From NCBI GenBank assembly GCA_963768625.1, contig CAVYIK010000003.1:198715-262714 (forward strand): a stretch of 64,000 nt of DNA. Reading direction: 5' to 3'. Shown here in pieces: positions 20,328-29,828 of the stretch. How positions within the stretch are numbered: the first letter of the stretch is position 1; each line of letters begins with the position of its first letter. The position numbers and the translations under genes were made by a program. Under the pieces are notes generated by a model. It was not told where the DNA came from, did not search any database, and worked only from the letters and a program-made list of their open reading frames with translations. The DNA comes from an uncultured bacterium. GTDB lineage: Bacteria > Patescibacteriota > Minisyncoccia > UBA6257 > 2-01-FULL-56-20.

Positions 20328-21573
20328 GAGTCCGCCAGTTGATAATAAAATAAGCGATGACGGTGATTACCTGCCCAATAAGCACCGACCACGCGACTGC
20401 CATGAGTCCATATGGAACCATGATGTACGCTAACACGACGATGCTCAAAGCATTGAGAGCGTTCATAAAAATATACAATCCTGCAAGCTTTTTAATATTA
20501 AGCAAAGTATCCCCAAAGTAATTCGCCGCACCTATTAAACTTGCAAGAGCAAGAATGCGTAATGGCCACGTACCCGCCGATGCATAATTTGCGCCAAAAA
20601 ACCGAAGAATAAACCCGCCGAGAAACCACGTTACGATGATAGCCGGAACTAACAGCAAAAATAAATTTTTCAGTCCGTCTTTAAGATATTTCACGAGCCT
20701 GGATTCGTCATGAGAGATCTCCGCAAATAAGGATTGAGCCGTAGAACTAGGAATGATATTGAGGAAAGCAACGATCATAGAAGGCATATAGAAGAATGCT
20801 GCTTCTTGAGAGCCAAGACGAGAAAGAACAATGAGTGTTAATATGCTGGACGGAAGTATGCCAAATAAACTTCCGATATAATTACTGGCGGCAAAACGCC
20901 GCGTTTCAACAATAATTGTTTTATCAAGTTTCCAAGTCGGACGATAATGAAATTCTTTGAAAAGCCAAAAAAATCCTAAACAGCACGCAATGACAGTGGC
21001 GACTGTTGTCGCGCTCAAAATTCCCATAAAACCGATACCGATTATCATAAAAACCAAAGAAAGTTTCAATATACTAAAAACTATATTTTCCCACAAAACA
21101 TAATGAGCAGCGCGATAAGCAATAAAAGCGCTTCCCACTACACTGTTTAGTGTAAGTATCGAGACGTATACAATAAAGATTACTGCCAAAAGAATGAAAT
21201 GCGGATATTGAACGCTCGGGCTATGTGTCAGAACTGCCCATACTAAGAACGCGACGCCCGCTATAATGCTTGCAACGCCACTCAATATGAACGCTGTAGA
21301 TAAATGTTCGTTTTTTCTTTCTGAAGTGGGCAGAAATCGAATAATTACATTATTGAACCCCAACAAACCGAAACCGGTCATCAAAGATGCCGCGGCGATA
21401 AGCGAGGTGGCAATCCCAACATCGCCGGGAATATAAAGTCGCGCGCAAACGATCCAAAAAAAGAATCCGAAAATTGCCTGAACTCCCGTACTCAACATCA
21501 AATAAACTGAATTTCGGAATAGGCTATCAGTTAAGAAATGTCGCCATAGACGGCGAAGGGAATTATTAATCAT
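20299..21573 (-). CDS. Wzx-like polysaccharide flippase (MOP superfamily)
   Basis: 424 aa and hydrophobic throughout, with about 12-14 helices. Sits in the glycan-cluster context and is convergent with the GT operon. Confidence 0.75.
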   Translation of the reverse strand: MINNSLRRLWRHFLTDSLFRNSVYLMLSTGVQAIFGFFFWIVCARLYIPGDVGIATSLIAAASLMTGFGLLGFNNVIIRFLPTSERKNEHLSTAFILSGVASIIAGVAFLVWAVLTHSPSVQYPHFILLAVIFIVYVSILTLNSVVGSAFIAYRAAHYVLWENIVFSILKLSLVFMIIGIGFMGILSATTVATVIACCLGFFWLFKEFHYRPTWKLDKTIIVETRRFAASNYIGSLFGILPSSILTLIVLSRLGSQEAAFFYMPSMIVAFLNIIPSSTAQSLFAEISHDESRLVKYLKDGLKNLFLLLVPAIIVTWFLGGFILRFFGANYASAGTWPLRILALASLIGAANYFGDTLLNIKKLAGLYIFMNALNALSIVVLAYIMVPYGLMAVAWSVLIGQVITVIAYFIINWRTLIDLRKVPA

Positions 21574-22214
21574 AGAGATATTTCACTGCCATTGCTACAT
21601 AGTTCAAAACCGCGCTTGCGAATTCCCTGGATAAGACTAGGCAATGCTTCAATGGTGTAATGTCCGTTTAGATGTAAGAGCACGCACGCGCCGGGATGAA
21701 GTTCACCTAAAACATTTTCTTGGATTTGCCTTGCATCAATCCCCTTCCAATCACCGCTATTAATGGTCCAGAATACGATGCGATAACCAAGTTTGTGGGC
21801 AATTTTCCGAATACGATCGTTGTAGGCCCCGTATGGTGGTCGTAGGAGTTTACTTGGCACGCCATTCCGAATTTCTTTTTCTATTTCAGTAGATGAAAGC
21901 TTGGTCAATTTGCGGTGCGAATAACTATGATTTCCAACCCAATGGCCATCTGCCTTAATCGTATTCACGAGTTCCGGATTTCCTTGTGCCCATTCGCCCA
22001 CAAGAAAGAAGGCTGCTTTTACCTTTTGGCCCCGCAATATATCAAGTATGTGATAGATATTCACGTTATCAGCATAATCATCGAAAGTCAGCAAAATACG
22101 GTTGGTATGGTTATATCCGTATGATTCTTCTTTGGTCGGCTTAATGCGCCACAGTACATATGGCCGCATAAGCCGATCTTTCGCCCTGCTTATTTTGTTT
22201 AATAAATATGACAT
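21570..22214 (-). CDS. polysaccharide deacetylase (CE4, NodB homology domain)
   Basis: 214 aa with LTFDDY, GNHSYSH and LLRPPYG motifs. Confidence 0.85.
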   Translation of the reverse strand: MSYLLNKISRAKDRLMRPYVLWRIKPTKEESYGYNHTNRILLTFDDYADNVNIYHILDILRGQKVKAAFFLVGEWAQGNPELVNTIKADGHWVGNHSYSHRKLTKLSSTEIEKEIRNGVPSKLLRPPYGAYNDRIRKIAHKLGYRIVFWTINSGDWKGIDARQIQENVLGELHPGACVLLHLNGHYTIEALPSLIQGIRKRGFELCSNGSEISL

Positions 22215-22276
22215 TCCTCTATGGGATATTTTGTGTTAGAATAGCATAATCATAACTGCTTTTCCAAGAAACGAAT

Positions 22277-23530
22277 ATGTTTAAGGTTTTTATGGTTGCC
22301 TTGGTCGTAGCGCTTGTGGCAATAAGCCTCGGCGCATTTTTGTGGTTCGAGAACACTGCGGTTGTTCAGCCGTCATTGCCCATCACTCAGCAAGCATCAA
22401 CGGGGACACCTCCTGCTCTTAGTTCTAGCGCCAGCACGGCTTCCTCAACCCCCGCCGTTTCCAGTTCACCGATTTCCGTTGTGACCACGACGCCATCTGC
22501 ACCGCCGATTAAAAGCAACTTTCAGTTTGGTATTTCGACTGGCGGAGGATTAGCGTATTTGAACCAAAACGACCTCATGGCCCGCTTGCAGGCAATAAAG
22601 AAATTGGGAGTGGGATGGGTACGCTTCGACGTCGATTGGAGTGTTATCCAAAAATCGAACTCGAGTAGTTATAACTGGGCGGGATATGATCGCATTGTTG
22701 CAAACCTTAACGCGCTCGGGCTAAAAGGACTCGGCATCATCGATTACACTCCCCAATGGGCACGCCCGGTAAATTGTCCCCAAAGCCTTAAATGTGCCCC
22801 CGCTGATCCCGCTCAATTCGCCACATTTGCGCAAACCGTCGTGAAACGCTATTCCTCAAAAGGAATGCACACATGGGAAATATGGAACGAGCCGAACATA
22901 ACTGACTTCTGGCAACCAACGCCTGATGTAACTCTCTACACTAATCTTCTCGAAGACACCTATACCGCGATTAAAAAACAGGATCCTTCAGCTTTTGTCC
23001 TTTCCGGAGGCCTTAGCAGGTCCGGCACAGGAAATAACGAAATTTCTCCCGTTGATTTCCTTACGCAACTCTATGCAGATGGCGCGGAGCCATATTTTGA
23101 TGCAGTCGCACTCCATCCATATTCATATCCAAATCCCCCTTCTTATGCCTGGCAGTGGAATCCGTGGTACCAGATCGCAAGTACGACGCCGAGCTTGCGG
23201 AGTGTGATGATCGCGAATGGCGATGCAAACAAGAAAATTTGGCTCACGGAATATGGCGCGCCAACCAATGGTCCGGGAATTCTCGCCACACCTGAAAGTT
23301 ACACCGTAAATCAAAATGCCGATCACGTGACGGAAGTTCTCCAAGCCCAAATGATGGCCGATGCGATTATCTCGGCGGAGAAAATGCCATGGATTGGGCC
23401 ACTTTTCTTCTATACCTATAAAGATTCTGGCACCTCAACCAGTACTATTGAAAATTTTTTCGGCTTTGTCCGCTTCGATGGCAGCGAGAAGCCAGCATAC
23501 ACGACAATCAAAAATCTGATTTCTGAATAA
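22277..23530 (+). CDS. membrane-anchored clan GH-A glycoside hydrolase (PslG/GH39- or GH5-like)
   Basis: 417 aa with an N-terminal TM helix and S/T/P linker, a HTWEIWNEPN catalytic-acid motif and a LTEYGAPT nucleophile region. Confidence 0.7.
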   Translation: MFKVFMVALVVALVAISLGAFLWFENTAVVQPSLPITQQASTGTPPALSSSASTASSTPAVSSSPISVVTTTPSAPPIKSNFQFGISTGGGLAYLNQNDLMARLQAIKKLGVGWVRFDVDWSVIQKSNSSSYNWAGYDRIVANLNALGLKGLGIIDYTPQWARPVNCPQSLKCAPADPAQFATFAQTVVKRYSSKGMHTWEIWNEPNITDFWQPTPDVTLYTNLLEDTYTAIKKQDPSAFVLSGGLSRSGTGNNEISPVDFLTQLYADGAEPYFDAVALHPYSYPNPPSYAWQWNPWYQIASTTPSLRSVMIANGDANKKIWLTEYGAPTNGPGILATPESYTVNQNADHVTEVLQAQMMADAIISAEKMPWIGPLFFYTYKDSGTSTSTIENFFGFVRFDGSEKPAYTTIKNLISE

Positions 23531-23588
23531 TCGCCGGCTGCTTGACTCCGCGCTGATTTTCGTTTAAAATACCTTAATTAATCTAAAC

Positions 23589-24383
23589 ATGGCTAAAACG
23601 CGCATTAAAATCGGCATCATCGGACTCGGCTACGTTGGCGGTGCCGTAAAGAACTGGTTCGAAAAGAACAAAAGCCGTTACGACCTTTTTCTTTATGATA
23701 AGTTCAAGAACATAGGGTCCGTTGAGGAAGTGAATCGTGCCGACATTATTTTTATTTCCGTCCCGACACCATTCATTAAGGGGAAAGGTTACGACGATTC
23801 CGCCGTGCGGGAATCCATCGTAAACGTAAAGGATGGCAAGATCGTTGTTTTAAAGTCCACCATCATGCCGCGGTCCACGGAGAAATTCCAGAGACATTAT
23901 CCTCGGAAAACTATTCTCTTTAATCCGGAATTCCTGCGCGCAAAAACGGCGGCGCAAGATTTCTTGAAACCCGACCGGCAGATCGTAGGATACGCAACGC
24001 CAAAAGGGAAACAAGCTGCTCAAAAAGTGCTTGGGATGCTCCCGCGCGCGCCATATGAGAAGATAATGAGATCTACCGAAGCCGAAATGGTGAAGTATTT
24101 CGGCAATGCGTTCTTGGCAAATCGTGTTATCTTCGCAAATCAAATTTACGATATCTGCAAAGCTGCGGGAATTGATTACGAAACCGTAAAAGAAGGAGCC
24201 GGACGCGATCCCCGGATCGGTTTGAGCCACTTTGACGTTTTTGACGATGGGTATCGTGGATACCGAGGGATGTGCTTGCCAAAGGACGTGAAGGCACTGG
24301 TCCAATTTGGAAAATCGGTGCATGTCGATATGGATATGCTGCAATCGCTTGAAAGGATAAATAAGAAGCTTGACCTGGAGTAA
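23589..24383 (+). CDS. short UDP-glucose/GDP-mannose dehydrogenase family protein lacking the C-terminal domain
   Basis: 264 aa with a GIIGLGYVGGAV Rossmann motif and a catalytic-Cys-like GMCLPKD. It stops before the usual UDP-binding domain. Confidence 0.6.
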   Translation: MAKTRIKIGIIGLGYVGGAVKNWFEKNKSRYDLFLYDKFKNIGSVEEVNRADIIFISVPTPFIKGKGYDDSAVRESIVNVKDGKIVVLKSTIMPRSTEKFQRHYPRKTILFNPEFLRAKTAAQDFLKPDRQIVGYATPKGKQAAQKVLGMLPRAPYEKIMRSTEAEMVKYFGNAFLANRVIFANQIYDICKAAGIDYETVKEGAGRDPRIGLSHFDVFDDGYRGYRGMCLPKDVKALVQFGKSVHVDMDMLQSLERINKKLDLE

Positions 24384-24423
24384 TTTAACGAGAATTTAAG
24401 GAGTTTGCTGTTATAATGGGGGT

Positions 24424-27390
24424 ATGTTTCATCGTGCCTCATCTTTTTTATTTTTGCTTATTGCTGCGAGTTTTGCTTTAAGCGCTTCGGCGCAGACCCA
24501 ATCAACTCCTCAAAATTTCTCCCGCAATCTTCGGTCTGGAGATTCCGGCGCTGACGTCTCTGCTCTCCAGTCATTCCTCATTGCGGATGGGTTCCTTTCG
24601 GTGCCAAGCCCTACCAGCTACTTTGGCGCGAAGACCACGGCGGCACTCGAAAAATGGCAGGCGACGAACGGACTCCCCGGCACCGGCTTCTTTGGCCCCT
24701 TGAGCCGCGCGGCCATTTCTTCATCCTCACCTATTTCTACGCCCCTCTCCGCCCCTACCACCGCTTCAGTTACCGCCCCGAGCTCCCCTTCGCCGACGCC
24801 GGTGACCCCTACTCCGTCCCCCTATGATCGCAATCTTAAGGTCGGCGACACCGGCGTAGACGTTTATTCCCTGCAATCCTTCCTTATCGCAAACGGCTTC
24901 CTCGGAATACCGGGTCCCACTGGCCGCTTCGGCGCCATGACCTCAGCCGCGCTCGCGGAATGGCAAACGATCGCCGGTCTTCCTGCTAGTGGATATTTTG
25001 GACCGTTGAGTAGGGCTGCGATAGAAACGCCGCAAGGGAAAAGCATCGCAACCGCTCCGGCACCAACGCCAACCCCAACGCCGACTCCTGCGCCCGTTGT
25101 TAGCAATATTGGTACCGGTGGCGGTGGCGGTGGTGCCGGTGGTGGTGGCGGAAATCCTTCTTCCCCAAGCACGCCCGCACCCAGTGCGCCTCCGCCTAGT
25201 ACGCCCGCGGCCCCACCCAGCGTGCCCAGCAATCCCTCCGACACGTCTCCTCCGAGTGTCCCCTCGGGTCTCACGGCAACCGCGGTCTCTGCCACCCAAA
25301 TCAATCTCTCCTGGACCGCCTCTACCGATAATGTAGGAGTTGTGGGTTATAAGGTCTTCCAGAACGGGATGCAGGTTACTACAACTACTGCCACTTCGTA
25401 CCAAAGCACGGGCCTCGCCCCTTCCACGCCGTATTCCTATGTTGTTTCTGCCTTTGATGCGGCAGGCAATGTTTCGGCTCAATCCCTGGTCGCAGGCGCG
25501 ACGACCCTGGCTTCCCCTGATGTCACGCCTCCCACGATCTCCCTCACGAACCCCGCGAATAATGCCACTGTTTCCTCCACGATAACGCTTGCCGCAGATG
25601 CCTCCGACAATGTCGGAGTAACCTCGGTCCAATTCACGCTTGATGGTGTAAACCTCGGCGCACCGGTCACTGCAAGCCTCTATCAGGCCTTCTGGAACAC
25701 GCTCTCCGCGTCTATCGGCACGCATACGCTTGGCGCCATCGCGAAGGACGCTGCCGGGAATACGGGAACTGCGGGGAACATCACGGTGACTGTTGTCCGC
25801 ACTCCGACCGACACGACGCCGCCGACGATCTTCATCACGAGCCCGGTCACAAGCAGCACGGTCTCGGCTCCGCTCACCGTCAATGTAACCGCCTCCGACA
25901 ACGTGGGAGTAGCGAGAGTTGAACTTTATGTGGACGGCAACCTGCGAAGCACGGCTACGGGAACGCCCTATGCGTTTCCGCTTGCGACGACGACGCTTAC
26001 GCTCGGCACGCATATTTTGACCGGCAAGGCATATGACGCCGCTGGAAATTTTGGCGCTACGTCGGCCGTCGTGATCACCGTGGTCCGTCCCTTTCCTACC
26101 GTTCCTCTGAATCTCGCGGTAACGGGAACTACCTCGTCAAGCATCTCGCTTTCGTGGTCTTCTTCCACCGAAGTGAACGGTGCGATCGCCGGATACAAGA
26201 TCTATCGCGGAGGCGTGCAAACAGGCACCTCAACCATAACTTCGTTCACGAACACCAATCTCACGGCCAGCACCACGTATAGCTACGCCGTCGCGGCATA
26301 TGACGCCGCAGGCGCCACTTCGGCGACCTCCACCACGGTCACGACGAGCACGCTTGCGATCCCGCCGGCAACCAGCAATTTTGCATTCGGCATAGCCGCC
26401 GGTAGCGGGTTGCCCTATTTAGGACAAAGCGATCTTCTGGCTCGCTTGCAAGCGATAAAGAATCTGGGGGTTGGATGGGTGCGCTTTGATGTAGACTGGA
26501 GCATTGTCCAGCAATCAGGATCCAGTAGCTATGATTGGTCAAGTTACGATCCTATCGTTGCTGATTTAAATACATTGGGATTAAAAGGACTTGGGATTAT
26601 AACCTACGCCCCGCAATGGGCACTTCCAGCTAATTGTCTTCAAAGTAATAAGTGCGCTCCCGCCGATCCTGCGCAATTCGCCGCATTTGCAGTAACCGCG
26701 GCAAGACGATATGCACCCCAGGGAATGCATACTTGGGAGATATGGAACGAGCCGAATCTAAAAGAATTTTGGCAACCAGCGCCGGATGTCAATGCCTATA
26801 CGAATCTTCTAAAAGGAGCTTATACCGCCATAAAAGGTCAGGACCCTTCAGCTATTATTCTTTCGGGCGGATTGAGCGGGGCCAGTACGCAGAACGGCGA
26901 TATTTCTCCGGTCGATTTTCTTACGCAGCTTTATGCGGACGGCGGCAAACCATATTTTGACGCCGTCGCGGACCATCCGTATTCCTATCCAGCGATGCCC
27001 TTGTCTTTCGAGACGTGGAACGCATGGTCGCAGATGGCAAGTACGACTCCCAACTTGCGCAACGTTATGATCGCGAATGGTGACACCGGGAAGCAGATCT
27101 GGCTAACCGAATACGGTGCGCCGACCGGCGGCCCAGGCGTGCTTGAAACGTCGGCTACGGATACTACCTTTGCCGGAAGCCCCGACCACGTGACGGAAGC
27201 GCTGCAAGCTCAGATGTTATCGCAGGCAGTAAATTACGTAAAAAATTCTTCATGGGCCGGACCCTTTTTCTGGTACTCTTATGAAGACGTAGGCACTTCA
27301 ACGTCGGATAGCGAAAACTTCTTTGGGATCATCCGTTACGACGGGAGCACAAAACCTTCGTACCAAGTATTCAAAAATCTGCTACAATAG
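24424..27390 (+). CDS. secreted multidomain wall-associated glycosidase: 2x PG_binding_1, P/T/G-rich linker, FN3 and Ig-like repeats, C-terminal GH-A domain
   Basis: 988 aa with a signal peptide and two repeats of the form ..GDSGADVSALQSFLIADGFL..WQATNGLPGTGFFGP... Contains FN3-like SWTASTDNVGVVGYKV. The C-terminus carries HTWEIWNEPN and LTEYGAPT and is paralogous to 22277-23530. Confidence 0.75.
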   Translation: MFHRASSFLFLLIAASFALSASAQTQSTPQNFSRNLRSGDSGADVSALQSFLIADGFLSVPSPTSYFGAKTTAALEKWQATNGLPGTGFFGPLSRAAISSSSPISTPLSAPTTASVTAPSSPSPTPVTPTPSPYDRNLKVGDTGVDVYSLQSFLIANGFLGIPGPTGRFGAMTSAALAEWQTIAGLPASGYFGPLSRAAIETPQGKSIATAPAPTPTPTPTPAPVVSNIGTGGGGGGAGGGGGNPSSPSTPAPSAPPPSTPAAPPSVPSNPSDTSPPSVPSGLTATAVSATQINLSWTASTDNVGVVGYKVFQNGMQVTTTTATSYQSTGLAPSTPYSYVVSAFDAAGNVSAQSLVAGATTLASPDVTPPTISLTNPANNATVSSTITLAADASDNVGVTSVQFTLDGVNLGAPVTASLYQAFWNTLSASIGTHTLGAIAKDAAGNTGTAGNITVTVVRTPTDTTPPTIFITSPVTSSTVSAPLTVNVTASDNVGVARVELYVDGNLRSTATGTPYAFPLATTTLTLGTHILTGKAYDAAGNFGATSAVVITVVRPFPTVPLNLAVTGTTSSSISLSWSSSTEVNGAIAGYKIYRGGVQTGTSTITSFTNTNLTASTTYSYAVAAYDAAGATSATSTTVTTSTLAIPPATSNFAFGIAAGSGLPYLGQSDLLARLQAIKNLGVGWVRFDVDWSIVQQSGSSSYDWSSYDPIVADLNTLGLKGLGIITYAPQWALPANCLQSNKCAPADPAQFAAFAVTAARRYAPQGMHTWEIWNEPNLKEFWQPAPDVNAYTNLLKGAYTAIKGQDPSAIILSGGLSGASTQNGDISPVDFLTQLYADGGKPYFDAVADHPYSYPAMPLSFETWNAWSQMASTTPNLRNVMIANGDTGKQIWLTEYGAPTGGPGVLETSATDTTFAGSPDHVTEALQAQMLSQAVNYVKNSSWAGPFFWYSYEDVGTSTSDSENFFGIIRYDGSTKPSYQVFKNLLQ

Positions 27391-27394
27391 TGTG

Positions 27395-27604
27395 ATGAAA
27401 ATGCTAAGGGCATTTTTCTTGACCCTCTCTGTCTTCGGCCTGCTTGGCTGGCTCTATATCGTCGTGAGCGCAACGTTTCACCCGTGGACGCTTCCCATGC
27501 CCCTCACACACCTGCTCCCCTATCCGCGCGAGGATACGTTCGGCGTCATCTGCTTTATCGTCTCAATGGTCTCTTTCTTTGTTTGGAACCTTATAAAAGA
27601 CTGA
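27395..27604 (+). CDS. small two-TM membrane protein
   Basis: Internal ATG at 27395 (MKMLRAFFLTLSVFGLLGWLYIV..). TACAAT lies 6 nt upstream. 69 aa. Confidence 0.4.
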   Translation: MKMLRAFFLTLSVFGLLGWLYIVVSATFHPWTLPMPLTHLLPYPREDTFGVICFIVSMVSFFVWNLIKD

Positions 27605-28079
27605 TCTTCCTTCTCCGCCGGTGCCAATATTCGTGGATGATGAGCGCCACCACCGCGATATCAAGCAGGGTGATGAACCAAAGAACGAGCGAGGGCGTGA
27701 GGGTCAATTGGTAGAACTGGTAGATGATGAAAAGCGTGAAAACGGCGGCGGAGGCCGGGTATGCCCAGAGCTTGTTGTACCAGAGCCCGGTCAGTAAAAA
27801 GATCTTTACGATGCCGTGGGAGAGGAAGACGAACGCCCAAACCGACTGCGGCGTCTGGGAAAAATCGTGCACTCCGCGGGCGACGTATCCCCAAATGAGG
27901 TCCCTCGGGCTTTCTGTGAGCTCGCCGCCGAAGAGGGCGAAGGCGATGCGATAGAGCGTGCTATAGCTGAAAAACGCAAAAAAGAGGCCGGCAACAAGTT
28001 CTCCTAAACTGATCAACGCTTTCACGATGATGCCCGCAAGGAAAAGCGAATGGTAGGTTTTTTCGGGGATGGGTCGCAT
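27591..28079 (-). CDS. DUF2127-like integral membrane protein
   Basis: 162 aa with 4 hydrophobic helices and a GELTESPRDLIW motif reminiscent of DUF2127. This is a family call from memory. Confidence 0.5.
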   Translation of the reverse strand: MRPIPEKTYHSLFLAGIIVKALISLGELVAGLFFAFFSYSTLYRIAFALFGGELTESPRDLIWGYVARGVHDFSQTPQSVWAFVFLSHGIVKIFLLTGLWYNKLWAYPASAAVFTLFIIYQFYQLTLTPSLVLWFITLLDIAVVALIIHEYWHRRRRKISLL

Positions 28080-28090
28080 GATATGGTATA

Positions 28091-28531
28091 TTGTCTACTA
28101 TCAATAGCATGAAAAGCAAGAGGGTCGGTTTCACCTGTGGGGCTTTTGATCTCGTGCATGCCGGGCATGTTTTGATGTTCAAGGAGGCGAAGCAGCACTG
28201 CGATTACCTTGTGATCGGCCTTGAAATAGACCCTTCCGTGGACCGCCCCGAAAAGCATAAGCCCGTCATGTCGCTTGAGGAACGGAAAACCATTCTTGAG
28301 GCCATCAAGTATATTGATGAGATCATTGTATACAACACCGAGGCAGGCCTTTACGAACTCCTGAAGAAATTGAAGCCCGACGTCCGGTTTCTTGGAGCGG
28401 ATTGGAAAGGGAAACCTTTCACCGGGCACGACCTACCGATCAAAGTCCATTTCAACTCCCGCGACCACTCCCATTCCAGCTCGGCGTTGCGCCGCCGCGT
28501 GCACGAAGCAGAACTGAAAAAGGCGAAGTGA
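28091..28531 (+). CDS. cytidylyl/adenylyltransferase (TagD / RfaE domain II-like nucleotidyltransferase)
   Basis: 146 aa with GAFDLVHAGHVLMF (HxGH motif) and a C-terminal SSSALRRRV (ISSTxxR-like). Confidence 0.8.
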   Translation: MSTINSMKSKRVGFTCGAFDLVHAGHVLMFKEAKQHCDYLVIGLEIDPSVDRPEKHKPVMSLEERKTILEAIKYIDEIIVYNTEAGLYELLKKLKPDVRFLGADWKGKPFTGHDLPIKVHFNSRDHSHSSSALRRRVHEAELKKAK

Positions 28532-28643
28532 ACCCTTTTCCCTCTCACGGCGTAGTACCTTGCCGCTTTTTTATCGCCATTAATAGAAAATGGCCCCGAT
28601 TTACCGGGACCATTTTCATCCACGAAACCGCCCGCCTCTGCTG

Positions 28644-29438
28644 CTAGAATCCGAAGAGGTGCTTGAAAAAACTGCCGATCGCGCCGAAGAAGTCGCCGAA
28701 GTGGGATTCTGAACGAGCCTTATTGCCGCTTCCCTGGTCAATGATGGACGAAGCGGCGACCGACGTGCCATTCACCGTGCCCTGTATGACCACATTGTCC
28801 CCCGCCGCTACACTGGAGAGCGTCGTGCTCGCTCCGTTCTCCACGATGTTGGCGCTTGAAGCGTCTATCGTGTAGGTTACGTTGCTCGCATTGGTCACGG
28901 TGAGCGTTGTGCCGCTTATCGCAGTGACACTCCCCGCGATGACCGGTTCACCGTTGCCCTGGATCGGCGGCGTGGAGGTCGCGGCGCGGCCGGAGCCGGG
29001 TCGCTTTCCCGCCGGCATCCCGCTCATCCCGCCTTTCAACCCGTCGCGGATCACGGTTGCCGCAATATTCGTCCCGCTTACCGTACCCTGCACCATCACC
29101 GTGTCGCCTACATTAATGCTCGCAACGGTTGACGTCGCGCCGTTATCAAAGACCTGCGCATTCGTCGCGTCCACCGCATAGACCGTTCCCGTCGTGCTCG
29201 TCGCGTTCGGCCTCGTCTTACTGGTCACAGTGAGCGTCGTGCCGTCCACCGCACTTACGGTCCCGAAGACGCCGGGTGCCATACCGCCCGCCATGCCGCC
29301 GCGCATCCCGTAATGGCCGCCCCCGCCCCAACCGCTCGGCGCGCTTGTCTGCGCCTGGGCGAACGCCGGAGCGAAGAACGCGAAGCTCAGCGCAAACCCT
29401 GCCGCAATCATCCACGGAATATATTCCCTTTTGTTCAT
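28644..29438 (-). CDS. secreted protein with a G/M-rich segment and two DUF5666-like beta repeats
   Basis: 264 aa with a signal peptide. Repeats are VSAVDGTTLTVTSK...GDTVMVQGTVSGTNIAA and VTAISGTTLTVTNA...GDNVVIQGTVNGTSVAA. TATAAA lies 6 nt before the ATG. Confidence 0.55.
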   Translation of the reverse strand: MNKREYIPWMIAAGFALSFAFFAPAFAQAQTSAPSGWGGGGHYGMRGGMAGGMAPGVFGTVSAVDGTTLTVTSKTRPNATSTTGTVYAVDATNAQVFDNGATSTVASINVGDTVMVQGTVSGTNIAATVIRDGLKGGMSGMPAGKRPGSGRAATSTPPIQGNGEPVIAGSVTAISGTTLTVTNASNVTYTIDASSANIVENGASTTLSSVAAGDNVVIQGTVNGTSVAASSIIDQGSGNKARSESHFGDFFGAIGSFFKHLFGF

Positions 29439-29685
29439 ATGTTTTTTATAAATTTATTTATTATTTCCGACGCGGCATGCCTGGCGTGCGTCGTAGTTTA
29501 TAGTACGTACCGGGGACGTAAAAGGTTGCACAGAAGGCGAAGTAAAGCTTCATGCCCCGTGGATCCGCCGGGATTTGCACCCGGTTCTTCATTTGTCGAA
29601 GATGATGTTCTACTTGATGAACTACGGACCCGCGATCCCGGGGCAATATCATCTTGCCTGGAACCCCATTAAAACTATCTAAAAT

Positions 29686-29713
29686 GCAAACAGCCACGAA
29701 AGTGGCTGTTTGC
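29686..29713 (-). terminator. perfect 12-bp hairpin with a GAAA tetraloop; probable terminator downstream of the VIT1 gene
   Basis: Sequence is gcaaacagccac-gaaa-gtggctgtttgc. On the minus strand it is followed by AUUUUAGAUAGUUUU. Confidence 0.45.
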
Positions 29714-29828
29714 ACGACAAATGAAGTTTTTAGTCCGCGGTTCACGCAGACCACCATCTTGCAATCATCTTAACGCCGGGAAAGCCTCGGGTCAACTATT
29801 ATTTAATAAATTTTTAATGTAGCGACGC

